Source of the DNA: Callorhinchus milii
Taxonomy: Eukaryota
Direction of reading: 5' to 3'
Assembly: GCF_018977255.1 (NCBI RefSeq)
Contig: NW_024704742.1
Location: forward strand, 100,938,001-101,002,000
DNA: 64,000 bases
The notes beneath the pieces are model-generated. The model was given only the letters and a program-made list of their open reading frames with translations. It was not told the origin of the DNA and ran no database searches. Positions 50,835 to 63,654 of the stretch are shown in pieces. Within the stretch, counting starts at the first letter, position 1. Every line of letters starts with the position of its first letter. The position numbers and the translations under genes are program-made.

Positions 50835-51715
50835 ACAATACATAGATTTACATGGAATGGTACAGCATGAGAAAAAAAAAGATTCAGCCCAACTAATCTG
50901 TGTCAGTAGTCACTGAGAACACTCAGCAAGTCAGGAAGGATCTCTGGAGAAAGGAAAGTGAGTCAACATTTTGAGTTCACTACCCTTCGTCAGAACTGGG
51001 GCATGTTGGGAGAGATACGCTTGTAAGGGATAACAGAAAGGATTGCCTCCCCCCTTTTTTGCTTCAGATTTCCAGCAACTGAAATATTTTGCATTTAAAC
51101 TGTGTCAGTGTTTATACTTTATATGAGCCTCAATCCCTTCAATTATTCTCTTCTATGCCCCCTTGATTCCCTTCTCCCTCAAGTGTGCATGATGCTTTTG
51201 TTCTCAAAACAGTCATGATATTTGATGTAACCACACTCTCACCACCCTCTGCATGAAGAAGTTTCTTCTAAACTCCCTGTTAGATCTTATATTTATGCAC
51301 TCTAGTTTTGTAAATGCAAGGCAGTTGTTTTTGGTATCCTGACCAATAATGTACAGATAAAATTGATCATTCATTTTATGGGTGTTTATGGGACATTGCT
51401 GTTTGCAAATTGGTTGCCCTGTTTGCCCACAAATAAATGCAAGTTGGTATTGTGATTTTGCACTCTCCAACAAGTGTAAACAGCCTATCAACATCCACTT
51501 TATCCAATGCTTTCATCATCTTAAACACCGTTGTTGAGCCCACTCTCAATTGTCTTAACTCTAAAGAGAAAAGTTGCAACCTGGCCAATCTTTCTTGAGA
51601 GCTTTATCCACTCACAAATGATAATATTCTTGTAAATCTGCACTGTGCTCTGTCTGATGCTATAACATATTTTCTGTAATGTGTCCACCAGAAGTCTGTA
51701 TAGCACTCCACAAAC
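50835..51715 (-). mobile_element. CR1 3' fragment, with nested PLE and SINE pieces
   Basis: 'REFRRNFFMQRVVRVW' and 'RLQLFSLELRQLR..VFKMMKALDKVDVDRLF'; tail CATAGATTTACATGGAATGGTACAGC. Confidence 0.85.
50908..51099 (-). mobile_element. Penelope-like insert with a degraded hammerhead motif, nested in the CR1 3' UTR
   Basis: 10-bp duplication CTGTGTCAGT (50898-50907, 51100-51109); reverse-complement core CAGTT-CTGACGA-AGGGTAGTGAACTC-AAAAT-GTTGACT; same inverted-tail architecture as the other copies. Confidence 0.75.
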
Positions 51716-51769
51716 AGAAGACCATTTAATCTGTTAAGTCTGCGATGTGCACATCTGATGTGTGAGTCT

Positions 51770-52088
51770 GGTTCACTTGATGCCACTCTTGTCTCTCAGG
51801 ATGTGAGTTCAAGTCTCACATTGGGACTCTGATCTCATAGGCTGACACTCCAATGCAATACTAGAGGTGTACGGCTGTGTCAGAGGGTAGTGTCCTTTTC
51901 AAGAAATATTAAAGTAAAATCCATCACTCTGTTTATGTGATGGTAAAGATTCCCTGACATAATTTGAAAAGAGAACACAGTTCAACCAACACAACTCCAC
52001 ATAAAATTGATAATTACTTAATGGCTGTTTGTAGGACATTATTATGTGCAGATTAGTTTCCCTTGTTGGCCTACAAATACACAGTTGC
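51770..52088 (+). mobile_element. Old Deu/SacSINE1-like SINE, tail displaced by the CR1 insertion and resuming ~52845-52925
   Basis: GAGTTCAAGTCTCAC...GGCTGACACTCCAATGCAATACT...GCTGTTTGTAGGAC. Confidence 0.65.
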
Positions 52089-52089
52089 T

Positions 52090-52837
52090 ATAGAATATAG
52101 AAACATAGAAATCTACAGCCTAAAAGGAGGCCAATCGGTCCTTCGAGTCCGCAAAGACTCACAGAGCAAGGAGATCAATTCAATCCCACTGCCCCACCTT
52201 ATCCCCATATACCTTCAAGCCTCTCTCTTTCATATGCCAGTCCAATTCCCTGTTGAAAGCTACAATGGATCCCTCCCAACCACCTCTACCACTCTACTCA
52301 GCAAGGTGAAATAACTCTCTGGGTGAAAAAAATCCTCCTAAATTCTCCTTTCGCTATTCGTCGTGTGGCTATCTTAATCTATTTATCCTATGTATTGCAG
52401 TCAATGACTCCCCTAACAATGGAAATAACTCCTCCTTACTTACCCTGTCAAAGTCTTTCATAATTTTGTACACCTTTGCCAGGTCCCCCTCAACCTTTTC
52501 TGGTCCAATGAAAACAGACCCAGTCTCTCCAATCTCTCCACATACCTGTAGTCCTTCACTCCTGGAATGATTCTCGTAAACCACCTACACACCCCCTCTA
52601 AGGCCTTAATATCTTTACTAAAGTGAGGTGCCCAGAATTGGATGCAGTACTCCAGTTGCGACCTGACCAATGAATTGTATAAACATAGCATTATTGCTTT
52701 AAGTGTGTGCTCTATGCCCCTGTGTACAAAACACAGCATGCTATTAGCTTTCTTTACAGCCTTGGCCATTTGCAATGACACATTCAATGACTTATGCAAC
52801 TGCGGTCCCAAATCCCTTTGCTCCTCAACTCTTTGCA
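52090..52837 (-). mobile_element. CR1 LINE 3' fragment (ORF2 C-terminal pseudogene)
   Basis: 'EEQRDLG..AVKKANSML..LYNSLVRSQLEYCIQFWAPHFSKDIKALE..YVERLERLGLFSL'; (CATAGAA)n-type tail. Confidence 0.93.
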
Positions 52838-53189
52838 CGATACTTGTACTTTATAAAAAAAATCCATAAAGCCCTTATTAGTGTTACATGTGCTATATCA
52901 AATTCATGGATATTATTATCATTATATTAATCCTATTCACCTGCTCTTTCCCTATAGCCTTTATTATTATTATATTTCTTCAAGTTTTCATCCAATCCCT
53001 TTTTAAATTCACTTGAACAGACATTTTAATATTTTAAGCTCCCTTTTTATTCCTTTTTGTCATGATCCTCAATTTATTGAACCTGTTCATAGACTTTTAG
53101 TGGGGATTCCTTAGGAAAAGCACCATATGAAAGACACTGTATAAATGCAACTTGTTAATGTAGAAATTGCTGGATATTAAATCTCCTTG

Positions 53190-53573
53190 ATAATAGTAAC
53201 AATAATCCATGCATTTCATACAGTTCTTATCATGTCTTCAAAAGTCTCAAAATGCTTCACAGAATATACTGTAAAATGAATTAACTTTATATTTTGTGGG
53301 CAAAACGCAGCAGCCAATTGCGCACAGCAGTGTCCCACATACAATCGTGGATTGATTGACCAAAGTATTCTTATTTTTAAAAAAAAATTGAATGGATTAT
53401 TACCCCACAAAGTGATCTGCCAAATGAATAACATCCATGTTCTTACTCACTGCTAGGTAAACAGAGGTGTCCAGAGTAAGGAAACTTGCCTAACGTTTCA
53501 CCTTGCCGAGGAATCGAACCCAGATTCTTTCAGTTGCAAGGCGAGTGCTCTAACCAATACACTACAGGACTCC
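53190..53573 (-). mobile_element. tRNA-Ala SINE, long subtype, full length
   Basis: Head ends CTACAGGACTCC at 53573; TGCTAGGTAAACAGAGG central segment. Confidence 0.9.
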
Positions 53574-53999
53574 ACAACCAATACCAGCAGGACTGTATAC
53601 CCCCTTTCTATTTACTCAACACATCAGCTAATTCAGTACAGGCTGGGAATCGATCTTGCTATTCCTCTCATCTGCTTGTCTCAGTTCCACATAAGCAGCG
53701 AGCTTATCAACTGAGCCACACAGTACAAAAGCTTTTTTTTAATATATCAAAATAAGTTTCTGTGATGATAGTGGATACATACACAGTATAATCATGAGAA
53801 GAAAATCTCCAAACATTGATGGAAATCTAAGTAAAACAATTCATTCAGCCATCGTTCATCAAGTTGTACTTTTTGAGGATGGATGCCGCTGAGTGCTCCA
53901 TCCATGTTGCACAAATTCATTAATCTTAATCAGAGAGTTAAAGGCTTAAGGCCAGAATTTTGTTAACAAATTCTGCCCCAATGTCACTGAGAAGTTGAT

Positions 54000-54290
54000 T
54001 GAAATAATAATCCTTGAATTTGAAATAGCACATGAGGATGACGCAATGTGCATCACAGGGTTTATTGTAAAGTGGTGTGACTGTTTTGTATTTTGTAGGG
54101 AATTGCGGCAGTCAATATGCTCACAACAATGTCCCACATCCAGCCGTTACTTCAATGACCAATTTTATCTGGAAGATTATCGTCCAGGATACGAGGAGAC
54201 CTAGACTGTAGGTTCAAAGACCTAATATTAAGCCCACAACTTTCTGACTCAGAGGTGAGAATGCTACTAACTGAGCCAGGCTGACACAGA
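54000..54290 (-). mobile_element. Old Deu-type SINE
   Basis: (AAT)n, reverse-complement tail, CAATGTCCCACA, head CTGACTCAGAGGTGAGAATGCTACTAACTGAGCCA. Confidence 0.7.
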
Positions 54291-56429
54291 TGAACCTCAG
54301 AGGCAAGAGTTAAGACATAGACGGCACTTGGGCAGAGGTACTGTCTTTTGGAATGATAACTTAAACCAAGAGACATCAATTGCATCTTCTGCAGGGAATC
54401 ATTTTCAGTCATATCGTCATGACAGACCATGGGGTAAAAAATGCATACGTGTAAGTTATCGCATGATCAAACAGTGCAATCCAAATCTTTAATTATTGAC
54501 AGGTTTGAGTAAATATTCTGCCAATTTCAATACAATGGCTTGGTCTGAAATGAGATGAGACCTCTGAGCATCACTGCTTTTGTATTGTTCTCCTTCAGTT
54601 CTGCTGTTTGGAATACTGGGAAGCTCATTAGAGTTTGGCTGATATCTCACAATTTCAGTCAGTGAGACACACGTGGAGTTCTCTGTAGGAGAAACATTTC
54701 ACATTTGAGGTGCTTTTACTGGACAGGGGTGAAAGCTGTGTTGAGATACTGGACGCTGTATTTGTATTTGGCCTTTTGATAAAACTGGCTTAATTCAGGA
54801 GGGAGGTTCCCCATTAGGAGAACACGGAAAAAAAAGACTGCTCATGATTGCATAGCAAAAGGTTTGTTTCCCAAGTAAGCTTTGCACTGGTCTTGAGCGC
54901 GATTATCTATTTATTATGATCCCACTATCTGTCCTCCCAGGAGGCCAGCAAATTCCTTTAATACAAGATAAGAAGAAATCCTTTTTTCAGGATTTGAATG
55001 CAAAAACCTTGTTCGCTTTGCTCGTGAAAGATAAGTAAAATAAAATCAATGGCAGCAACCATTGACGTAGCGGTAACAGTTTTACATGTATAAGAGAGAA
55101 ACTGATTTTTTCGCATACATTCTTTTGCTCGTTTAAATTGAATTTCTTCTTAATAATATAATGGCATTCAGACAATAAATAGCTTGCCACAGAAAAGATC
55201 AACAGCTCAAAGTATTCCTTAGCAGCAATGCACTAAGTCATTTCATGTCAGTTTCTTTGAGTTTCATTGCTAGATCATTGCTAGATTGTAATATGCCAAG
55301 TCTGTGATTCCAAACAGTTTCCCAGCAGTTTATTTGTTTGCTGCTTTTTCAATTCTTGCTGCATGACAATAACTGAAATTCAAGGCATCTCCCTGAAATT
55401 ATTTCAAAATCTATAACTCACTGCTCTCAGGGAGTTTACATATAATTTTGATTTCTCTGTTTTTCTCCTCTCCTGAACGCACAGACTCTTGCTGGAGTAT
55501 AGTTGTTTAGATGGCAAGCTTATCTCCAGTGCATGATGCAGGTGACTATTCATTTCTGAATTCAGACAGAGTGCATTGACTATTACTTTACAAAGGTGCG
55601 TGTGTGTGGGTGGGAGGGCGTGGGGGCTTATCAAAATCAAGATAGAGATCACAAGTAAAACTAATCCTTTCCTCATTTGACGTTAAGCATAGATCAATAT
55701 ATAAGGATCAGGAGAAGGTAACTTGGATGCTTTTTCCCTTCCGTAATTCACGATCACTAAGATCAATTATAGCAAATCTACCGATGTTCTGTCTGAGATT
55801 CGCTAACGCAGCACAGCTTGGAAATTGCTTTGAAGCTGAGACCTTCCTGGTCTCATCTGAACTCAATGAAACATTATTTACCATTAATGTGATTCAGTCT
55901 TGGAATATCCTGCTTTGGGATGTGAACTAAACAGGATTTCCATGCGGTTAATCTGCATCTGAAAAGATACACTTCATAACGCTATGAAGGTCCTCAATAA
56001 TCCTTGGCATTGTTAACAGTTGACCAGTATGTCTGGTTTATCAGTGACACTTGGAGGAATAGATACAATATATTCTTACCCATGCAAGCCAAATCCTTAA
56101 TAGGTAAGTCAATCCTAATTGGCAAGAACTGTAAAAGTTGTCAGCGCTTTTTACTGTTAACTGTGCAGTTATCATTATTTTATACTTACATTTATATAGC
56201 ACCTTTCACATTGGGAGGATGTCCCAAGAAGGCAAATTTGTGAGGCAAGAGCACAAATAATGTGAATAGATTTCAGCGGAACACTACAAAATAAATCATC
56301 CTTATTCTGTTCAACACACTTAATGTCAATAAATACCAAACTGCTGCTCTGCTGGACACAATGTATGTTTACAACAGACTTAAATGTGCACCATGCAGTA
56401 ATGAACAGATAGAGTGCTTATTTAATTTA

Positions 56430-56735
56430 ATTGTCCCTATATTAAACCAAGGTTCGGTCTGCCTTTTCAGGTAGATGTTAAAGACTCCATGGCGCAATTT
56501 AAAAAGAAAAGGGAGTTTTTCCTAGTGTCCTGGCCAACAAATCCTACTGTATTAAAAGTTGATCATTCACTCCATGGCTGTTTGTGGGACATTTCTGCTT
56601 GCAACTGGCTGCCGCACTTTGCCCATGAAATACAGTTAAACCACTTTAAACTACCTGTCAAGCACTTTGGACTCCTCGATGAACTGATAAGACATGACAT
56701 GGTCAAATAGAAGGATTATTATAATTATATTATTA
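56430..56735 (+). mobile_element. Old Deu-type SINE 3' part
   Basis: ATTAAACCAAGG..GTCTGCC..CAGGTAGATGTTAAAGA..CCATGGC...GTGTCCTGGCCAACA...GCTGTTTGTGGGAC. Confidence 0.75.
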
Positions 56736-58624
56736 AAGAGGAATATAGGAAAACAAAAACAGGAGGAGACCATTCAGCACTTCAAGCCTGTTGCGCAAAT
56801 TTATCGGATTTTAACACATATTTTAATCCCAATTCTCCATCCTATTGCCATACCCCTTAATAACCCTAGTGGTTGTCTATCTCTCTTTAAAACATCCTTA
56901 TTGATTCTGCCTTTATACCATCACGCACGACCAATTTATCAGGAGAATTGTTGTCCAGGACATCAGAAGAAACACCTTCCTCAGTTCATCCAAAGGACAT
57001 AATTTTCGTCAATGCAATGTTCTCCTGAAGTGTCCTCAAAGTTCTATCATGGGCTTGAACCCACAACCTTCTGATTCAGTATCAAGAGCGATAGCAATTA
57101 AACCAGACTGACACATACGTTAACGCAGCAATACATCCAAATGATAGGGCTTGAATTTGGCAGGGGTGAGATAAATAACACAGCAATTGTTCATGAATGA
57201 ATAATGGCAATAATTCATTAGAAAATCTTGCCAATCTCTGCAGTTATTTTGGATGTTTGCTTTGGGGCAAATTGTTGCTGTCTTCTGTTGTGTGTGATGG
57301 CAAACAAGGAAACCGCAACAACTAGCATCTCAGAGCACCTATAAGAGGAACGATTGGAGTTCAGAAGGAGAGGAACTGACTGAAATATTCATTATTCATA
57401 AAAACACACTAAAATTGGTACGGTCCTTTCCTCATACCTCAGAATTGTGTAAAGGTACATGCTTGTGCTTTACTGATCAGCTTTGAAACCCGTGTTGTGA
57501 TAAGCTAGCTTATTACAGCTGGGATGGCAGTAGGAATCTATCTTGTCACTTTGCTGGAAAGTAAGTAATGTGCACATTGTTTGGAGACGGCACGAGGCTT
57601 GACTTTAATGCTTTATGGTTGATTGACCTACTAACACTCATTGGATAGTGAAAGATAGGCCAGTGTGGAATCATGTTGGTGCCTAAAACAAATCAAAGAA
57701 CAATGGCCTCAGAAGAGAAGAGAGAAATTTAGGAGCAAATGAAACAGTGACTGAGATGCATGAAATTAGGTAGATGATCGACTGGGATATTTAATAGAGA
57801 GATGGACACAAACTTACAAAGTAAGCTATGAAGAAAAGATAAGAAAATAAGGATTAAAATAAGAATGAAAAGATTTGCCACAATGTAATAAAATGGTAAA
57901 ACTACTTGAAATGGTTGAATGGCCTATTCCAGTTCATATATTAAAATATGTCAAGCTCAGTTCCCTAGCTACTATATTTTTAGTTTGTCTTTTTTTAAAA
58001 AAAATCATTAGCCTCCAAAAGAGCATTTATGATATTTTTGTTGAAGTCCAATATTGGTAGTTATTGTCTGTCAACTCCCCTTTAAGCTTTAAGTTGCACT
58101 TTGCACTCATACTAAAGAGCTCAAAAAGAGTTGGTAATTTAATATTTCTTCAAATGTAACCATAGATTACCTCTTTGGCCTATGAAGTTAGCCAACTGTA
58201 CCAAGCATACTTATAACATTGCTAATTCTTGGTATTTGGATCTAACTGGCAGTCTGTGATTTGCAATAATTTGTAGTCATACTGTTAATGATTTTCTTTA
58301 ATGATGGTCATAATAGACAGTGGTAATAGTACAAAAAAACTGAGTGATTTTAAAGCATGTGAAAAACAAATCTGAATTTATTTTAACAGAAGCAATAAGT
58401 AGCTGTTCTGATGGTCACTGGGTCAATGATTATTATTGACTTAGGCCAAACAGTTCTGATGTACTTTGGATAAATACTGTTCTGGTTTATTTTCAACACA
58501 GAGAATCACAGATAATCAGCACTGCTATTGCAGAAGCCATTTGTTACAACTGAGATGTATTCTACTTTAATAAAATTCAAACTGACCATACAAATCCTAG
58601 TCCATGTTTTATCTTCTAATTCTG

Positions 58625-58840
58625 CCAGATCGCTTTCCAGGGGGCAATAATCCCTTCAATAAAATGAAATAATAATTTTGTCACTTCATCCACGATTGTT
58701 TGTGGGACACTGCTGTGTGCAATTGGCCTTTGAGTTTCGCCCACCAAACATACAATCAATTCATTTTACAATATATTTTGTGAAGCACTTTGAGATTTTA
58801 TAAGACACTATATCAAATGCAACAATTATTATTATCTTAT
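58625..58840 (+). mobile_element. tRNA-Ala SINE, long subtype 3' part
   Basis: GATCGCTTTCCAGGGGCAATAATCCC...TGTTTGTGGGACACTGCTGTG...(ATT)n. Confidence 0.85.
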
Positions 58841-58959
58841 TCTTATGCTGTGTCAATTAAAGTGAATATAAGCCATGCACAGGAGCAGCACTTGTAAAAG
58901 AGATGACATCAGTGGAGTTGCAAATATTGTAATGGCTGCTATATTATCCACCTTGATTG

Positions 58960-59600
58960 GTTTGCAGAGAGGTAAGTAGCTCCAGTTCAAGCTCCACACC
59001 TCTAACTGGTGTAACCATCGCTCAATGGGATGGGATGTGTGTCCAAGCTGTGGTCAGGAAGATGGTGGCAATGCTCTCAACATTTCATGCTGAGCTGTAT
59101 TGCCCATCAGGGAGCTCGCAGGGAGTTTCTAGTACCTGCCATCCACCTAGCGAGGGCTTAAACATGCGCTTGCCAGATGTCGAATGACCAACTAGTGACT
59201 ATTCTCCTTGGAAGAGGCTCTTCTTGGAGCTTAACTGGCTCCAAGATGACATATTTGACAACAGAATGCCAGAATCAAGCCATCTTCTGGGGCAGTCTCA
59301 GTAATCCAATTCTTGAGCCAAGTGGGTCTGCAGTTTTCCAGGGAACAACAACAAGATTCCATTTATAAAGCGCCTTTCACGTCAGGAGGACGTCTGAAAC
59401 ACTGATGACAGCCTGCATGGATCCTCAGAAGGACTTGGAAGGGCAAACCAGTCATTGATGGCAGGGAGTCTTCCCACTTAGCTCCCATTAACCCTGCATG
59501 TCAAAGCCCTAACAGATTGGGTAGTCCTAGCTGGACAAGCAGCAGGAAAGCTTGCCAGACACCCGGCTGCCCAAAATAGATATTCAAACCGCTCTGACCT
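58960..59600 (-). repeat. Family X copy, interrupted by an L2 tail (59344-~59404)
   Basis: 59268-59343 matches the reverse complement of ~60748-60825; core reverse complement at 59462-59494. The left boundary is a guess. Confidence 0.65.
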
Positions 59601-60254
59601 AATACTTCCATGGCAGTCAAACACTGATATTTCCTAATGTTCTTGGGAAGGTTTGTTCTTTGGACTAGGATCAGACCTTTATTTTTGTATTTAAGCTAAG
59701 TGAATAAATGTAGTGAACCAAAACTATTTTATTTTCTTTCCTTATTTTACTTTCAAAATGTTTGCCAATCTACCTAAATATATTCGTTCTTTCATTTTCA
59801 TCCTATGAAATTTGCTGACAAGAGGATTTTCTACCTCACCCTCACTTAATGTAAGGAAACTCTAAAATTACATAGAATTCAATTTGGGTTTGAAATTGAA
59901 CACAAACGTAAAATTTGCAATGTTCAATAATCTAACAACTTGCATTAATTAATGCTGGCATTATTGAATACTGCATATTTTACCCCAACCACTTTACATA
60001 GAAAAACAGGGTCCAATTTAAAATATTTCTCAACAACTTACTTCATGTCAGAATATCGTTTGTGACGTACTTCCAATTACTGGATGGTGTCCGATTCGGA
60101 TTTCTTAATCAATAAACCATTAAGAAATACTGTATAATTGACCATAAAGTACATACGTTTATCTCAGTGGACTAATACATTTATAACATTTTCACTATTT
60201 TTGTGGTTGATGACCTAGCAATCTGATGCATGCAGAAATCCATCACTCTATGCT

Positions 60255-60855
60255 TATCCAGCTGGAACCGAAACTACCTATCAAGGTTTTTCCTTGTGGG
60301 ATTAACAGGAGCCGAGTGGGAAGAATCCCTGCTCCCAATGGAGGGATTCTGCCCCCTCAATCATCCAAACCAGACTGAGAGTTCCAAGATGTATGTCACT
60401 TACACGTAGAAGTTTCCCTGAACCTGGAATGGAATCCACACTCGCCCCCTGCAGAAATGCACCCTGCTTACCTAATTCTGGAGAGTATTAGGCCCAAGTT
60501 GATCAGAGACAAGACAAGACTTGGGGATGCTGGAGTTTGTGTTGGGATACTACTGCCGTTCAACCAGCTAAAATGGCAGATTGCCATTGAAAGCATTATA
60601 TGGCAAGCATTCAGCTGCTTGTCTAGCTAGGACCACCCTGTCATTAGGGCTTTGAGTTTCAGGGTTAACAGGTGCTGAGTGGGAGGAATGCCTGCCCCAC
60701 CTTGTCCTGCCGATGAGCCAAGTTGGTTGGTCTGTCATCTGCCGTACCCTGGAAGTATTGTGGAATCCCTGGCTGAAGAACTAGACTGCTGAGGTCACCA
60801 TAGAGAGTTGGCTTGATTCTGACATACAGTTGCCAATTATGTCACCTTGAAGCAA
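60255..60855 (+). repeat. Family X, core fragment followed by a longer copy
   Basis: The core motif occurs twice (60298-60331 and 60662-60694); 60460-60855 is colinear with 45055-45450. Confidence 0.8.
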
Positions 60856-61180
60856 GGTTTTCAACCATGTTATAATACTCTGAGCTAGACAGTTGATCAC
60901 TAGCCCTAATAAATAATTGCTATGTTGTAGTTGATTTTCAAATATTTGACATTGCTCTTACATCTGCTTTTTTAACTGTAATGGCTCAGTGTCATGGATT
61001 TATTGGGCAATAAATAGGAATATTTCCTGTGTTAATATAGCACCATGATCAGTCAATGAAGTGCCACTCTAGACTCTTCAAAACACAAATGTAAACTTAC
61101 TTGTTGTTATCACAAGGCAATTAAATTTAGTAGAACACACCTCATGTAATTAAATATTAAAACATTACAATTATAATATT

Positions 61181-61475
61181 AATAATATTTGATAGTGCTT
61201 TTCACGTCTTTGAGATGTCTCAAAGCACTTCACAGAATATACTGTAAAATGAATTGACTGTATATTTGTGGGCGAAACTTGGCAACCGATTGCACAAGGC
61301 AGTGGCCCACAAACAGTCGTGGACTGAGTGACCAAATTATTATTGTTTTATTCCTGAGGGATTATTGTCAGACATGTGGAGTAAGGAAACTTGCCCAAGG
61401 ATTTGCCCTGCCGGGAATCAAACCCAGGTCTCTTGCTTGAGAGACGAGTGCTCTAACCACTGAGCTGCAGGACTC
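61181..61475 (-). mobile_element. tRNA-Ala SINE, full length
   Basis: Head reverse complement GAGTCCTGCAGCTCAGTGGTTAGAGCACTCG; older-type tail; lacks the long central segment. Confidence 0.9.
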
Positions 61476-62739
61476 AATTAGTAGCAAGATACATCATCTG
61501 ATCCCTTGCTGGCAGTTTTAGTCAATGTTGAATCATTCAATAATGATGCTCTTTGTGTGTTTAACATCACAGAGACATTATGTAATTCAACTTAAAATTG
61601 TATTGTTTGTTGTGACTAGAGTACTTCCTGTTATACTATGTTTTTCCCCCTCTATCACATTACCCTTCTTTAGCACCAAAGAGCCATATTCTTGTGATGT
61701 CTCTGCACAAATTGTACTTCTACAATATGCAGTACAATTAACATTTACAAAGTGCCTTTCATGTCAGAGGATGTCCCAAAGCACTTTACACAGCTGGCTA
61801 GGCACCCAAGCCGCGGTGCTAGGAGCCGAAGAGGATATTGGCAGGAGATAGATGTAATCAAAAGCACAGTCAAACAGCTAAGTTTTGATTGGCTTTGAAA
61901 TTGGGGTGAGGGGAGGGGGTGAGATGGACTCTGGGATGGAGTTACAGCTAGCGGGAGCAAATATTTATGCTTACAAATGGCATCATTCTGGAACTAAAAT
62001 CCCAGGTTGAAATTGCTTAATCTGAATGTATGCCATTCAGTGCCCTTGATGCACTGTCTTGATCAAGAGCCATCGAATATGAGTCAGTTCTTAGCCTTGG
62101 AAAATGACACCTGAAGCCAACCCATAGCACCAGAATCAGCCAGGGTTTATTTTTCTGGTGACTGTTCCACAAAAGTCTGGGACAAATGATGACACTTAGT
62201 GTCACCCAAATGGATGAGCCAAGAACCTGCTGTGTGGGTCCAGCTGCACTGGAATTGTAAGTAAATTCATTTATTGAGTTCTCCCACACAAGCCTAATAC
62301 CTTTGTGCTCCACAGGGTAGCAATGATGGCATTATAAAGATGTTGATTTAGAAGTTTCCTTTTATTGGAGACTTCTGAACCACTCGATTGTTCACAGTAC
62401 TGAATGTTAAGCATGACATTTTCAGCATCCACTCAGTCAGTTACTGTATGTGTGGGTCACACTAAAGGCATGATGGGTTTGTCTGGGGAGGAGGAAAACA
62501 CATACAGGATGGTTCAATTGAATCAGTGCCAAGACAATCAAAAGCACTCAGAACCACATCCACCAGTTATGCCTACCACCCCCACATCCCCAGTGCATCT
62601 TAACCCTCTCTGAATTTGGAATTATCAAACATTTACAAATGTCCAGATGATACCTCCTGGAATATGCAATGAAAGCGCTTCTCATCCCATAAAATACAAA
62701 TAGCAGCAAATCCCACCAAGATAGTGACACCAATAAGTT

Positions 62740-63150
62740 TGGGTGCCATTGCAGTTCTGCTCGTAACATTCTTGCCTCTGGGTTAGAAGCTCGTGGGCTC
62801 AAGCCCCACTGCAGGACTTTGAACTCATAAGTCAATACTTGTTGAATATTTGTAGGTGCCGTCTTTCACATGAGATGTTAAGCAAGTTCCATTTGCCTGT
62901 TCAGGTGCTTTAGAGATCCCATGTTATGGATTTAAAATAGAAGGGTTTCTCCCAGAGTCCAGGGCAACAATGTCCCAGTTAAAATAGGTCATTCACTTCT
63001 TGGCTATTTATAACACACCAATGTGTGCAAATTGGCTGCCATGTTTGGCTACAAAATACAGTCTTACAATTTACAGTAAATCTTGTGAAGACTTTAGAGA
63101 CATTCTATGGGAAAACGCTGTATCAAATGCAAGGATTACAATAATAATAA
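62740..63150 (+). mobile_element. Old Deu/SacSINE1-like SINE
   Basis: TGGGCTCAAGCCCCACT...GGTGCCGTCTTTCACATGAGATGTTAA...AGATCCCATG...GTGCAAATTGGCTGCC. Confidence 0.75.
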
Positions 63151-63654
63151 TCCTTACATTTGGCATAGCATCTTTCATATCAGGAAACATGGATTGTTGG
63201 CCAGGACACTGGGATAAATGTCCTTCTCCTCTATTTAAAGAGAAATGTGAGTTTCTTTCATGTCATGACCAACAGTCCTCCAGATATAATTGTTCTTTTG
63301 TTTCACAGTCGTTTGTTGACATGGTGCACAAAGTGACTGTTGCATTCGCCTACAAAATATTCTTGACAGCAACTACCTGTGCAGCGCTTTGAGATATTTT
63401 GACATTGTGATATTTTATTCGAATGCCAAGATTCTCCTGACTGGTATATTCTGTGAAACGTTTTGAGACGTCTCAAAGACGTGACAAGGTGCTATATCAA
63501 ATGCAAAGATTATTATTATAATGTGTTGTCAAGAAAACCTTTTACAAAATAATGAAATTCATTCTTAATTTTATTTTTTGCCATCAGTGCATTATCTTGT
63601 TAGTGTGTAATATACTGAGCCTATGGAGAAGCATTATATGAAATTGGTTAGAAG

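Noticed and set aside
53950..53980. Palindrome GCCAGAATTT..AAATTCTGCC
   Set aside because: Possibly collapsed TIRs of an old DNA element, but too short to support a call.
58960..59270. Tyrosine recombinase coding remnant in family X
   Set aside because: Partial manual translation showed no convincing HSxR or RHRY catalytic motifs.
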